Source: Eledone cirrhosa (Eukaryota). From it: a stretch of DNA of 64,000 nt. This document shows, in pieces, positions 13,220-26,275 of the stretch; position 1 is the first letter of the stretch, and each line of letters begins with the position of its first letter. The notes under the pieces were generated by a model. It was given only the letters and a program-made list of their open reading frames with translations. It had not been told where the DNA came from and did not search any database. Location: NCBI GenBank assembly GCA_964016885.1, contig OZ024748.1:22692001-22756000 (forward strand), in the 5' to 3' direction. Made by a program: the position numbers and the translations under genes.

Positions 13220-14849
13220 TATATTTCTCCAAGATTCCAGCAACTTTTGACAACTATATAATGCAGATCAAGCAACCACATAGAAACACCCAAATCAGCT
13301 AGTCCTTGAGGTCTTTCACAAAGATAATCGGATAAATAGGAGCATTAATGTGTCAAACTAAATGCTTTACAATATGTACGACCCGGTACATTTTAGCTTT
13401 AAAACCTGCCAATGTCATCCTTCTTTTTCCTCCTTCACGGGCCTACAATATAGTTGGTTGGTTGCTTTCCCATAATAGAATCGATGAAATCCCTTTTCTC
13501 CATTTCCCTGAATCTGGGAGTTTGTGCTGAAGATAGAATTAGTATTTCAGTAATTCTGAATCTTTTTTGTGGCAAAATTATAAAGTCAACGTTGATTATT
13601 TCTAAGATAAAACAATTTAAGAATGACAGTTTTTCAGACAGGAATACCGAGATAGATATTTTTAGAAACAATTACCTCCCCAGTCAACTCTAAGATCATT
13701 CAACCATTCAAACCAATCCCACCACTTTTGGAAGTGGCTATCACCACAACAGTTTGCGACCACACGTATCCCCTGTCTCTTTCTCCCCCCCCCCCTCAAC
13801 TACTACCAGTCAAAACCCCAAAAAATTAAAACTACTACTGTTAGCCAACTAACAGAGAATGAAGGACAACCACGGACAGAGATATGAACTCTCCCCTCTA
13901 AATATGTATGTAAAAACTCATAATTTTTCTTCCCCTTTTTATTATTCGTATAAATATGCAACTTAACTACATTATGCACATCCGCAGTTGAAAAAGCACA
14001 TAATGCTGAAACTGGTATTATTAAATGCAGAAATACCCACTTTATAAATAAATGTTTTTATATTATGCTGAAAAAATCTCTAAAGCATTTTCTACTGAAA
14101 AATCTTTTTCCTTTTTACTATTGTTTATATATATATATATATATATATTACACACAGTTTCTTGAGGTCAATTTTCACAATTCCTATCATGTCTTCTTTG
14201 GTCTCCCTTGACCACAGGTTCCATCAACTTCAAACACTCAGCACTTTTTTTATACACCTCTCCCTCTCCTTATACATCACATGACCACACCAGTACAATC
14301 ATCTCTCTTGCATACTCCAACTAAATTCTTATACTCAGCTTTTCTCTCTTAATCCACTTGCATTCTTTCATTCATGTATACTAACATTACACATCTAGTG
14401 AACATGCATTCCTCTTTCCTTCTTTTGCCACCACAAATTATCTGCATTCAAAGGCCATGTCTCGATGCCAAAAAGCATAGCTGTTGAAATAGCATTTTGG
14501 TTGACAAGGTGCATACCTATTCATAGTTGAGTAATTAGAACCAGTAGAGCAACATGAAATTAAATGTCTTGCTCAAGGACACAACACATTACCCGTCTTA
14601 AGAATTAAATCCACAAGCTTATGATTGTGAGTCCAGCGGCCCAACCACCAAGTGACACATCTTTACAACAGAGAAAGAAAGAGAATACATTTATGAAGTT
14701 TATGTCTAAAGAGTTACAATTTGTATAAAGTCTGTCACAGAAATATTGAGTAAATATAGGGCTTACACATGGTTAGAAACTACTTGAATCTTAAACATTT
14801 TCGGATTTTCTCAATACAATTCAGGTTAACTTATGACTACACATTATCA

Positions 14850-15035
<186 letters not shown>

Positions 15036-16143
15036 CTACTCCCTTATAGATAAATACAATTATCATCAGTGTTTAAACCTTCTAATCAATGCTAGCATGG
15101 ATTAGATGGTTTGTCACTACTGAGGCCAGACTGTCAGATGACTATGACCTACTCCTATGCTCCATTTTTGGCTTGGTTGCTACAGCTGAATGCTCTTCCT
15201 AACATCAACCACTTTACAGGGTGGACTGGCAGCATTTTATCATGATGCCAGCACTACCACCTTACATGGCAGTTTATGTGCTTTTTGTCATGGCAACCTT
15301 ACAGTGTGGATTGGATGCTTTTTATTGTGGTACCAGCAATACAGCAAACAATTCCATCATAATTTTCTGTAGAACCCTTTAAGTTATGTACCAAACACCA
15401 GCTTCAGTTAGTCATATCTCGCCAAATCCTTTATCTTCAAAATTAATTGAAAATCTTAGGCAGTTTATTTTATAAAAAATATGGTAATGAAAGGGGTAAC
15501 GTGTCTATTGGCATTTTAACATTGTTGGCCAACAAACTTCAAAACACGTAGCCTAGTGTTGAACCATAATGTGGGTTTCATTCCTGGATCTGGTGGAACA
15601 TTGTGTTCGTGATCAAAACACTTCATTTCATATTGTTCTGGTACACACAGCTGAAAAATGAGTACCAGCAGTAGCTAGAAGTTGCCCTACGATGGACTGG
15701 CATCCTGTCCAGTGGGTAGACTTGTACTCTCAGTCGCTTAACACCAAGAAAATTGGGGTAAGCACTTGCCTGATGAGCTTCCAGGTTTGGGACAGATTTT
15801 TATACTTCAAGAAAACTATAAGATCTCAGTTGAGCTATTACCTGGTCTGTCACCAAGAGAAGAGGGTGCACAAGATATAACTGCCCCACCACTATCCATT
15901 TAAATGTATCCTCGTATTCAAAAAAATAAGGTTTATAAAAAAGGTCCAGAAATATGTTCCTTGAAGTCTCAACTTTACTAACTTTTCTTCTCAAAACAAG
16001 AACAAAGAATAAAAATATATTTAAAAAAGCAAACAAAAAATGTTAACCAAAAAAGCTTATTAAAAAATTCCCTAGGGAATTAGAGTGCATGCTCCACCCC
16101 CATTCATCTTTCAGGCTTGGCTATTACAAAGAGAAAGCCATAC

Positions 16144-16264
16144 CATGAGCTCTGAACAGTCTGTCTTGACAGTCATCTGAATAACTTATACCAGTTCGCC
16201 GAAGATCAGTGAGGAATTCCTTGTTTTTAACAGGTGGAGGGATGTCAGCTGCTGTAATTTCTGG
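16144..16264 (-). CDS. AGPS: AGPS exon 4
   Basis: PEITAADIPPPVKNKEFLTDLRRTGISYSDDCQDRLFRAHG, cag/gtatg, 121 nt. Confidence 0.95.
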
Positions 16265-17126
16265 CTGAAGAAAGAAAGCAATTGGAGAATAATAATGTTG
16301 TGGGTGGAAAAACCCTGAATACCCCCGCATAACTAAAAGTGGACTAGGCAAAACTCTATAAATAAGAGCTGAAGTGAACTGTCATGGGAACTATGTGTAA
16401 GGAGTCTCATAGGTAGTTCAGAATTGCACCTGGTGAATACCTTTGGTGTTACCCTCGTTTCGTGCAGATATACAAAATAGGTGTGTCACACTATCATAAC
16501 AAATAATGATGATGATTTCTAATTTGGTTTTAAATGACCACTACTTTATTTTATCAACCCCAGAAGGATGAATGGCAAAGTCGACATCAGCGGGATTTGA
16601 ACTCAGAACATAAGGAGCCATAACTAAATACTGCAAAGCATTTTTTCTGATGCTCTAGTGTTTTTGCTAATTCACCAATAATAATAATAATCAATTTTAA
16701 TGTAAATGTAATAGAATTCAATCTTAGCACAAAATTATTTTATAATTCTTAGTTTTAAACTCTTCTCGCTGGGTTTATCATCTCTGTTCCCACCTCTTCA
16801 ACTGTTTTGCTTCAAGGCACAACATTGTCTCTGGCAATTTGTCTGAAGGGTTAAAACAACATAATCTTCTCATATAATTTCTTAATATTTACATATTTAC
16901 TGTAGCAACTTTTCATATGAACCCAACATACAACATACAAAACAAACATTAGGTTTTTCCCATTTTGCCCTCAGCATTCACCATAACCCTTTCAATACCA
17001 AACCACTTGAAACCATCTCTGGTTCTATGATATTTATTAGAAATATGATAATGAACGGGTTAATCGATTACTTTCAGAAACAAAATGAAACAATGATAGA
17101 CAATCAATTAACTGATTGTTTCCTAC

Positions 17127-17217
17127 CTGAGCTGCAATCTTGTGCTCTAAACTGATACCACAAGTCTTCATCATAAAATCTTTCAAATATGGCAACACTT
17201 TTTTGCTGAGTCGATAA
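17127..17217 (-). CDS. AGPS: AGPS exon 3
   Basis: YRLSKKVLPYLKDFMMKTCGISLEHKIAAQ, cag/gtagg, 91 nt; phase fits both neighbours. Confidence 0.9.
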
Positions 17218-18773
17218 CTGGAAATAAAGGGGGCAGTTCACTCAATAACAATAAAAATATCAAAAAAACTGAATTCATCATCAATTTTACATCCACTTTT
17301 CCATGCCTGGATTAGTCTTCTCCAGGGGACAGCTTCCTTCTATTTATCATTTGTCTTCATCCTCTTCTCTATGAGGTTCACCATCTTCAGATCAACTCTC
17401 ACCATTTCTGTCCAGGTCTTCTACCACAGCCTCCCTCCAACTGACACTTCTTCAACTGCCTTCTACTTGCAAATCTCAACACTGCTTCATCTAACAATCA
17501 TCATTCATACACATTACATGTCTGTACTCTCTTGCACACCACATGTAAGTCCTCTTATGCCCAGTTTTTTTCCCGTCCATCATCTTTGCTTCATTGTTCA
17601 TATATACTAATATTATACATCCATCAGAGCATGTTCACCTCATTTCAATCTAACCTTTACACATCTAAATTTTAATGTCCATACAAAAGAGAAAAAAAGT
17701 TGCCAAAATTTAGTTCTTTAAATATTTTTTTTTGTGTTTTATTTTAATAAAACTATAAGACAAAAGAACTAACAAGAACAGTTATTCATTTTTGGCATTA
17801 ATTCCTTAATCCCTGCCTCTAATTATTATGTCTTTCAACGAGATTGACTTTGGCTTTTACCCTTCCTGGATTGATGAAATAAACTACTAATTAAGTACTG
17901 GGTTGATCCACCTGTTAAATTTGTGACCTACTTATGTTAGAAATCATTATTGTTATTGAATAGTACATGTTTTTAAGTGAATGTTGTAGCTACTTTTCCA
18001 ACAAATAACATCAATATCAAAAATAAACACGAGTTTCAGTAATGTTTGTATCAAATTGACAGGATAATTGGAAAAAGATAGTTGAAGTAAACTTTTGCAA
18101 TCATGATCATTTTTCCATGCCTGTATGGATCCTTTCCAGCACATCCTTCCACTTGTAGCTTCATCATCTCTTCTGTGAGTTTCAGCCTTTTGAGATTAGT
18201 TCTAACCACCTCTGCTCAGGTTTTCCTTGGCCTTCTACTACAGCTTCCTTACACTGGCATCTTCTAGCACTTCTTTACCTAACCTTCGTCATCTGTACAC
18301 ATCACATGATCATACCAGAGCAGTCTTCTCTCTTGCAACTACATCTGATTCCTCTTCTACCCAGTTTTTCTCTCAGTTCATCCACAGTAGCCTCACACAT
18401 CCAACAGAGCATGTTCATTTTTCTCAACCCTCTGCAATTAACTGTCGGTCTCATTGCCATGCAACATCACACTTCTCACACAGGCATCATAGAGTCCACC
18501 CTTCACTCAGAAACAGAAGTAGCAGCTACTGGAACCTGTTCTTATTCTAGTTATTATGCCTTTAGAGCAACTTCTTTCACTGATAATTAGGTCACTGAGT
18601 AATAGAAACTCAACTACTTCTATGGTACCTTCCTGGGATTGGAAAACATTGATTTCACTGCTGCTCTTACAACATATACACAAATAAATAAGGGTTATCA
18701 AAAAGTGTAAAGCTTCAGCAATATGTAATATTATGGTCTATACATATCTGGTAATAAAACAATAAAATAATCA

Positions 18774-18902
<129 letters not shown>

Positions 18903-19306
18903 TCAAACAATGATTAATGAAATGAATACAAAGATACAAATATCTACTTAAGATATAACAGTCATTTCAGGTATTTCTCCTGCTAAAGTAAAGGTTAGCC
19001 TTTGTAGGCTCTGCAACAGCATCATGGCTTCCTTTTTGAAGGAGTGCACTATGGCTAGATGCCATTTCTATCACCAAACGTTTTAGTTGCTTCTAACAAA
19101 CATTAAAGGATCTTATATCAATAATAATTTCTCTATTGCCCACTTGGGCCGTTATCAATATTAGAAATATTCAAATAATGCAGGCTATCTCTACAGCTCA
19201 CTGAACTTTTTTATAGACATATTGTTTTAATAGACTATTTTAGTCATAGTAATATAAACACATTATAATAGACAGGCATTTTAGCTATAGTCATATTCAA
19301 TTAAGT

Positions 19307-19657
19307 CAGAGGTTCTCAAACTTTTGAGGCCATCGCCCGCCCCCCCCCCCCCTCATGGCCACGTAATTCCCTCAGCGCCCCTCCCAATTTCCAGAGACAC
19401 CTGCCGCCACGCAAATTGTAAAAAATATATAATATATAATAAATAAGATCGTTAATTTATATACAATAAATAATATATATACTATGTATAAATAAATATT
19501 ATATATCATTTATTTTACTATATTTATATATATGTATCATTTGATATTTGATAGATTATATTATCTCTGCCGTCCCCCACGCCCCCTTAAGACAAGTGCC
19601 CTTTGGACCTTCTCAACGTCCACCGAGGGGCGGTAGCGCCCACTTTGAAAACCTCTG
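19307..19657. mobile_element. hAT-type MITE
   Basis: TIR cagaggttctcaaa / tttgaaaacctctg; flanking 8-mers aattaagt and tattaaat match 6/8 (decayed 8-bp TSD). Confidence 0.75.
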
Positions 19658-20931
19658 TATTAAATTAATGATATCATAAAATTTAATATTTAAACGATGT
19701 CCTAACTGTGGAAACCACAGAGCCGGATCAGATACCACAAAACATCCAGTCTGATCCACAACAATATATGATGGATTATGTGTATAAATAGGACTTGGTA
19801 TTATTGTCAACAAACCAGTCAATCCCAATATCGTCTTTCTATACATTAAACTGATTTGGTAAATAAGTCTCGAGAGTCAGTTTTTAATATTCCACCCGTC
19901 TCCGAGACGGGTGGAATAGTAAAATGTTTAATTTTAAGGCTAGTTAGTTGACAGGTTTGGTTAGAATTTTGTATGTTTTTACTATGATTTTTGATGTTTT
20001 GAATGAATATGGCCTTCAAAATCGTGGTAAATTTTCGCCAAATTTATTTTTCTAAGTTTATACCAAACCCTTATGATGAAAAATAGAGTAATTAAAAAAT
20101 AACCAGCTGTTTCCATTGCATTGTTTGATCATGGTTACAGTTTTATCTGCCTAGGCCCGCAAAATAGAAAAAACATTTCCAATCCGTCCAGCCCCCAGAA
20201 AAAGTTGGGCGACCTCTAACATACAGATTTCCTTGTTACTTGAACCACTTTCTACCCATTTCTATCATTATTGTATGCAAATATAATTAACAGTTTTAAT
20301 TAACACCAACTTGCCAATACGAAGCCTTAATATATACGAGCTTATTACAAGCTCGTTCAAAAATGTTACTAAATAATGAAAACAGAAGGAATTCAAATGA
20401 AATATCAAAGAAATTACAAGGGAAAGGAATCCTTAAATGTTCATTCATGCCCATTTCTAACTATTTTAATTTCATTTACCCCTAATAATGCCCTTAATAT
20501 AACGAACGTCACAACACACTCAACTTTGGCCTCTCCAATAATTGTTCAATTTTCAATAATTTACTAGTAAAAAAACAAGCTGGATGCTACAACATCCTAC
20601 ATGATCGGGGGTAAACCTAAATACATTTCCTATACCTCTAATATTTACAATATAATTCTACTTTCTGTAATAGCATATAATTTATAATAAATGTTTACAA
20701 TAAAATTATTCCCACATTTTCCTTTATCAAAGGTCACTTCCGGCAGATATTTGCTAAGTGAATTTTAACTTTTATATTCCGACAATTCTTTACAAAAGGG
20801 CTAATCTCTTCTCTTTGTCGCAATAACTTGTGCAAATATTGCTGATAAATAAATAAATGTTTATAACAATAACGAAAGGTGGAAGGATTGACAAAAATAG
20901 TAAAAGATTTAAGACAAGCAATAGGACTAAC

Positions 20932-21113
20932 CGGCGTTTTGGTATCGTAGGTGCCTCTTGATCAACATATAATTTATCAGAATTATCACTAATGTCTTTC
21001 ATTTGTACTTTAACTCTGTCTGTTAATATTTCAGAACTATCTGTGGCGTCTTGGGAGACACTAGAAGCCCTTACACTTTCGTTTACGACAGGGATACGTT
21101 TGTCATCCGACAT
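20932..21113 (-). CDS. AGPS: AGPS exon 1 (start codon)
   Basis: MSDDKRIP...APTIPKR|gttagt; joins exon 2 in phase to give [16 protein letters not shown]. In-frame TAA two codons upstream of the ATG. Confidence 0.85.
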
Positions 21114-21611
21114 GTTTTAGTTACATGTGATCAGATGTCAGAATAGGGTGTGATTAGCTGTTCGATTTATATTCCAGCATTCCGTTAAACCTTACAACAC
21201 TGGTAATGGCCGACTACCGACTCCACACATACACACATAGATAACTATTCATACACTTACATATATATATATATATATTTACAGACATACATACATATAC
21301 ATATATTTATATATATAATAAAAATAACCAGGATTAAATTACATTAAATTATTTAATTGATTTACGAACGTTTCTATCAATACAGTAAGATATATATATA
21401 CATGTGTGTGGGGGGGGGGGCATAAATGAGAGAGAAAGAGAGTAATTAATGCATATATTTACGAAATATGGTTTATAGTAAATGGGTATAGAAACACATT
21501 GACAAAAGTGAAAGTGACGCGCTAAACTTAAGGATAGATATATATGTGTGTGTGAGCGCTCGTGTATGCGCGTGCATGTGGATTTAATCTAAAGAGTTAA
21601 TGCTGCTAAGT

Positions 21612-21835
21612 AATAATTGTTTCTACTTTAGGCACAAGGCCAGCAATTTGAAGAGGAAGAGAAAGTCGATTAAATCGACCTCAATGCATTACTGATACTT
21701 TATTTTATCGACCTCGTAAGGATGAAAAGCAAAGCTAACCTCAGCGGGATTTGCAATCAGAACGTAAAAGGCCGTAACTCTATGTCATGAAAAATTTGGT
21801 CCGTCGCTCTACCGATTCTGCCAACCCACTGCCAA
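21612..21835 (-). mobile_element. SINE family 1, near full-length
   Basis: Minus strand: tggcagaatcggtag A-box region, then the ctttcatccttacgaggtcgataaaataa-like core and agtagaaacaattatt tail. Confidence 0.8.
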
Positions 21836-21927
21836 GTAATAATATTTTGAAGCTCAATATGTTTATGTCATTAAAGATAGAAACAGAAATTCAGAAGAGA
21901 TGTATTAAGAATAAAAGAAAAAAATTT

Positions 21928-22222
21928 TAGTGGCACTCCGTCGGTTACGACGACGAGTGTTCCTGTCGATACAATAAACGAAACAGCCTGCTCGTGAAAT
22001 TAACGTACAATTGACTTAACATTCCACAGATACGTTGTTCTCAGGGAGATTCAACGTGACAGAGAATGTAACAAGGCTGCTCATTCGAATTACAGGCACA
22101 ACTCGTTTTTCCCAGTTGAGTGGACTGGAGCAACGCGAAATAAAGTGTCTTGCTCAAGGAGACGGCGCATGGTCGGGAATTGAACTCAATCGTGAACCGA
22201 ATACCCTCTCCACAAAGCCATA
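21928..22222 (-). mobile_element. SINE family 2
   Basis: Minus strand: gagttcaattcccgacc B-box, ccttgagcaagacactttatttc core, 3' ...gagtgccactaaa. Confidence 0.8.
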
Positions 22223-22418
22223 TAATAAGGGACATATAATAACACAGAGCATATATAACAATATGAGATGACAGTAGATTTCTTAAAACATTTCATAGCT
22301 TTAATATATTTCAATACATCTTATCCAACTAATGCTTACACTATTTAGTTAAAGAGGGAAAATACTGTATATTTATGGATGTCTCTGTGCTGGAATAAGG
22401 TGTTCGCTATAGAGAGTC

Positions 22419-22754
22419 TATAGCATTTTACTGGGTTGTATAAGTATAACAAGAGACGTGGTTTGTGTGTATAATATTTAATTAACAATTTGTGGATATA
22501 TAGAACAGTATAGTTGACATGTCAATGAATAGATGAGAGAATGAAGCAAAGTTATTAGTTACCGTTTTGTTGCCAGGCGAACGCGCCTGGCCGAAGGCCA
22601 GGAGCCGAAAGGGCAAATGAGAGATAGGGAGCTTAAAGTTATTCCCTTTATAGGGTTGGAACGGAAGTTACAGAAAGGGTTCTACTTCCTATCTAGAGAG
22701 CGTTAATCTATTGGTGATGTGAGTGTCACAACAAGGGAGGCAACTCCTGCTACA
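22419..22754 (-). mobile_element. Probable LTR (BEL/Gypsy-like 3' LTR)
   Basis: Minus strand begins TGTAGCA after a purine tract ggcgggagataa and ends tgctata (decayed TGCTACA). Internal CCAAT, TATAAA and attaaa. Confidence 0.5.
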
Positions 22755-23476
22755 TTATCTCCCGCCAGATTTTTAAAATATAAAAATCGAATGAAATATG
22801 TATGTAGTAAGTTGGCGAGAATGTTGTAACAGGCATGAAAATTACGAAAAAACTAATGTTTGCAATAATAGGAAAACAGCAAAATATATGCATGCAAAAA
22901 TCAATGATAGATATCAAGGTAGCCAACCGCTCTTGGCCAGAGAACGACTGGACATCTATCCAAAGATACAATGTAATCAAAGTAAGAGAAGAGCTCAAAG
23001 TTCAAATGTTCAAAATACAGTTCACAGGTGTGCAATCACATGACAGCAGGAAAGAAAGTGTGTTCCAGAGAATGAATGCAGGTGGTTACTGTTCTGTGGT
23101 ATAACGTGAAATTTCCAACCTCCGAATGGATTTTCTCACAGGAAGAGTGCTGCAAAAATAAATTCTCTGGCTTGTTCTGCTGGTTTTGGTTGTTGATGAA
23201 GCTGTGTTGCTGTTGATGTTGTTGTCTCGCGGAGTGAGCGTATTCGATGTTTAAATTCATAGTAAAAATGTTTTTTTAGAAAAAATGAGTTGTGCAAAGT
23301 GCTAGAAATAACAGCCGAAGTTGATGGTCGATGTTGAGAATGCGTTGACCTGGAAGGATCAAGAGGCCAGCGACCAAAGAAATAAGCATTCTGAATAAAT
23401 GCGCAGTTTTCAACGGCAAATTTACGTGGTAAATTTTTAAACCAGCAAATAGGAGAATATAGCTTAAGGCTGGAGA

Positions 23477-24890
23477 ATCATCATCATCATCATCATCATC
23501 AACGTTTAACGTCCGTGTTCCACGCTTGCATGGGTTTGGACGGGGGTAGTCCCACTTGAGGCAAGAGTGATTGTCTTGCTCGCATAGGACTGTCTGGCAG
23601 GTTTTCTACAGTTGGATGCCCTTCCTAACACCAACCACATTTACAGTGTGGGTCTGGGAGGTTTTTACCGTGTTGCCTACACGGCCACATTACAGCGTGG
23701 ACTGTGTGTTTTTTTGTCGTGACACCTACACGATCTCATTTGTTTCGGCCTGGATGGCGCGGCACCAACATAACTTTACATAGAACGGGGTGGTGTGGAT
23801 GGGGTGGGGGTGGTGGCGGGACGGGGTGTATTTTGTTAGAGATGCCTACTGGCAAGGCGGGTCTTCTCTGTTACTGAGTACCGCCAAAGGTCACGGTCCA
23901 GTGACATTGTCTTGGAGAGGTGTAAGTGTGTGAGGTCGGAGTTTATCAGCTCATCCCATGTTTTTCTAGGTCTGCCTATTCCGTGGCTACCGTCTATCTT
24001 TATTGCCCTGCACTTTGTAATACAGCTATCGACTTTCATGCGCATCACGTGTCCATACCAACGCAGCCTTCTCTCGAGTAAACAACATCTGATCCCTCTT
24101 ATCTCTAATTTTTTCCTTAGTTCGTTTATGCTTTGCCGTTCACGTATATTACTGTTACACATCCAGCGGAGCATGCAAGCTTCGTTCCTCTCTAGTCTGC
24201 GTATATCCTCTGCACACAATGCCCAGGTCTCACTACCATGCAACATTGCTGTTCGTCTGCAGGCATCGTACAACCTGCCTTTCATTTTTAGGGAGAACCC
24301 TTTAGCAGCTAATAGTGGTATAAGCTCTCTGAACTTTTTCCAACCAGTTCTGACTCTAGCTACAGTACTTTCAGAGCACCCTCCCCCACTGCTGATTTTA
24401 TCGCCCAGGTAACGGAAGCTGTCCACTATTTCTATAGAACCCTCTGCGCAATTGAAAGAGCTAGTATTTTGTGGGCACTTGCTGCTACTTATTGCACCAG
24501 AACACCGGCCACATGTAAAGTCTATGTTCTTAGTTAGCTTACCTGTGATCCCACTACATCTTTTATGCACCCATACTTTGCATTTAGGACATAAGATGGA
24601 GTTTCTACCTACGCCTTTCCTACATACCGAGCACGACCATTTCCCAGAAGGGACCGCCGCCTTGTTTTCTTTCCTACAAACTAGAACTTTGGTCTTAGCC
24701 AGGTTAATTTTAAGTCCTTTTGACTCTAGGCCGTGCTTCCATGTTTGGAATTTCTTCTCTAGCTCGGCCATTGATTCCGCTATGAGTGTCAGGTCGTCTG
24801 CGTATAGGAGTTCCCATGGGCAGCCTGTCTTGAACTCCTCTGTTATAGCCTGAAGGGCAATAATAAATAGTAGGGGGCTGAGAACAGAGT
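23477..24890 (-). mobile_element. 5'-truncated RTE-clade LINE, open RT C-terminal half with PHD-type finger, (CAT)n tail
   Basis: SVLSPLLFII, LLYADDL, INLAKTK, FRYLG and RRLRWYGHV...GRPRKTW motifs in an uninterrupted frame; 3' UTR and tail at 23477-23500. Confidence 0.92.
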
Positions 24891-24894
24891 CCTT

Positions 24895-25516
24895 GACGAG
24901 AAACGTTATCTCTGGCGTGTGGTTATCTCCGTGAGTCGAGAGAATTCTGCTGACTCCTGCTACAAGTCCATTGCTACAACAGAAGTCTAATAAGACCTCT
25001 CCATTCAAATTTAGATTGGGGTAGCCATTCCTTCCAATCACTCCTTTCCATGTCAGGTCATCAGTGCCAACATGTGCATTGAAGTCTCCCATCAGGATAT
25101 ATGACTCAGTCTTAACTACATCTAACATTGCAGTGACTTCATCAAGGAAAGATTGGTGTACAAATTTGCACCACTCACAGAGACCTATGTTTTGGCATAA
25201 GCTTCAAGAGACAAATCTTCCCTCCGAATGAGATCCAGTCCATAACACATTCTGACAACTGGGGGCTTGTGAGTATTCCCACTTCCACCTGAGCAGTTAT
25301 TTCTGGCGCCATACCTGAATAGTGAAGTTTCCATCCTCCATCTAAATCTACAGTACCAGAGTTATGGTACTTTATTGAGGAAACCCTAACTATATCTAGC
25401 CAGTAGCATCTAGCCTCCTCCACTATTTCCTGCTCCTTACCTGTCAGGGTTGTGATGTTCCAGGCTCTAATTGTCAAGTTTGCTCCCTTGAGATGCAGGG
25501 AGATTGTCAAGTCCAA
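24895..25516 (-). mobile_element. APE endonuclease fragment of an RTE/Expander-like LINE
   Basis: WNITTLTGKEQEIV..., ILMGDFNAHVG, IGRNG..NLNGEVLLDFC. Confidence 0.85.
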
Positions 25517-25519
25517 GCT

Positions 25520-26275
25520 AGTTGATGAACAGTTCGGTTTTCACCCCAGATGCAACACTGCCGACCAAATATTCACACTGCAGCAGGTCTTCAAGAAATC
25601 ATAGGAGTATTGCCAAGAGGTATATTCTTGTTTTGTTGACCTCGAAAAGGCATATGACTGTTCTTTGGGACCATTCTGTGGAAAGTTCTGCAGGAGTATA
25701 AAATCGATGGTCAGTTTCTTGCTATATGAATGCCTGAGTATTTGTGTTTAGTTAAATTGTGCTATATTGAAACCATTCAATGTGGGAGTCCGCCAATGAC
25801 TCCGCCAAAGGTGCATACTGTCACCTCTCCTCTTCCTGAGTTCAAATCCCGCCGAGGTTAACTTTGCCTTTCATCCTTACGGGGGTCGATAAAATAAAGT
25901 ACCAGTAATGTACTGGGAAATTGCTGGCCTTGTACCTAAAGTAGAAACAATTATTTTCATGAACAGGATTGACATGCGCAGCCGGTTTGGAAGTGGTATC
26001 ATGACTGCTGGGTGTAAAATCACTCAGCTGGAATTTGCAGATGACATGATGTTACTTAAATCGACCAAAGGGGATTTCCAACTTGTACTTGATAGGTTTG
26101 ATGCTGAGTGCTGCATGACTGGAATGAAAATCAGTGCTGTAAAAACTCTTCCTACGCAGTGCACTCTACATGTAAATGGAGTTCCACTGAAGTAGGTAGA
26201 AAAATTCAAGTATCTCGAGGTCATGTTCACGAGTGATGGAAAGCAAGAGGCTGAATTAAGTGCAAGAATTGCAGG
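25520..26275 (+). mobile_element. RT fragment of an RTE/Expander-like LINE, interrupted by a SINE (25836-25957)
   Basis: EQFGF, DQIFTL, CFVDLEKAYD, ILSPLLF, EFADD, GMKIS..KT and EKFKYL motifs with stops. Confidence 0.85.

Noticed and set aside
13435-13693. ORFs possibly from a Penelope GIY-YIG region
   Set aside because: No diagnostic motif could be recognised; not supportable without a profile search.
23836-25128. 430-aa ORF as a single host or LINE gene
   Set aside because: It is an in-frame join of an endonuclease fragment and the C-terminal half of an RT at ~24890; the N-terminal RT motifs are missing.
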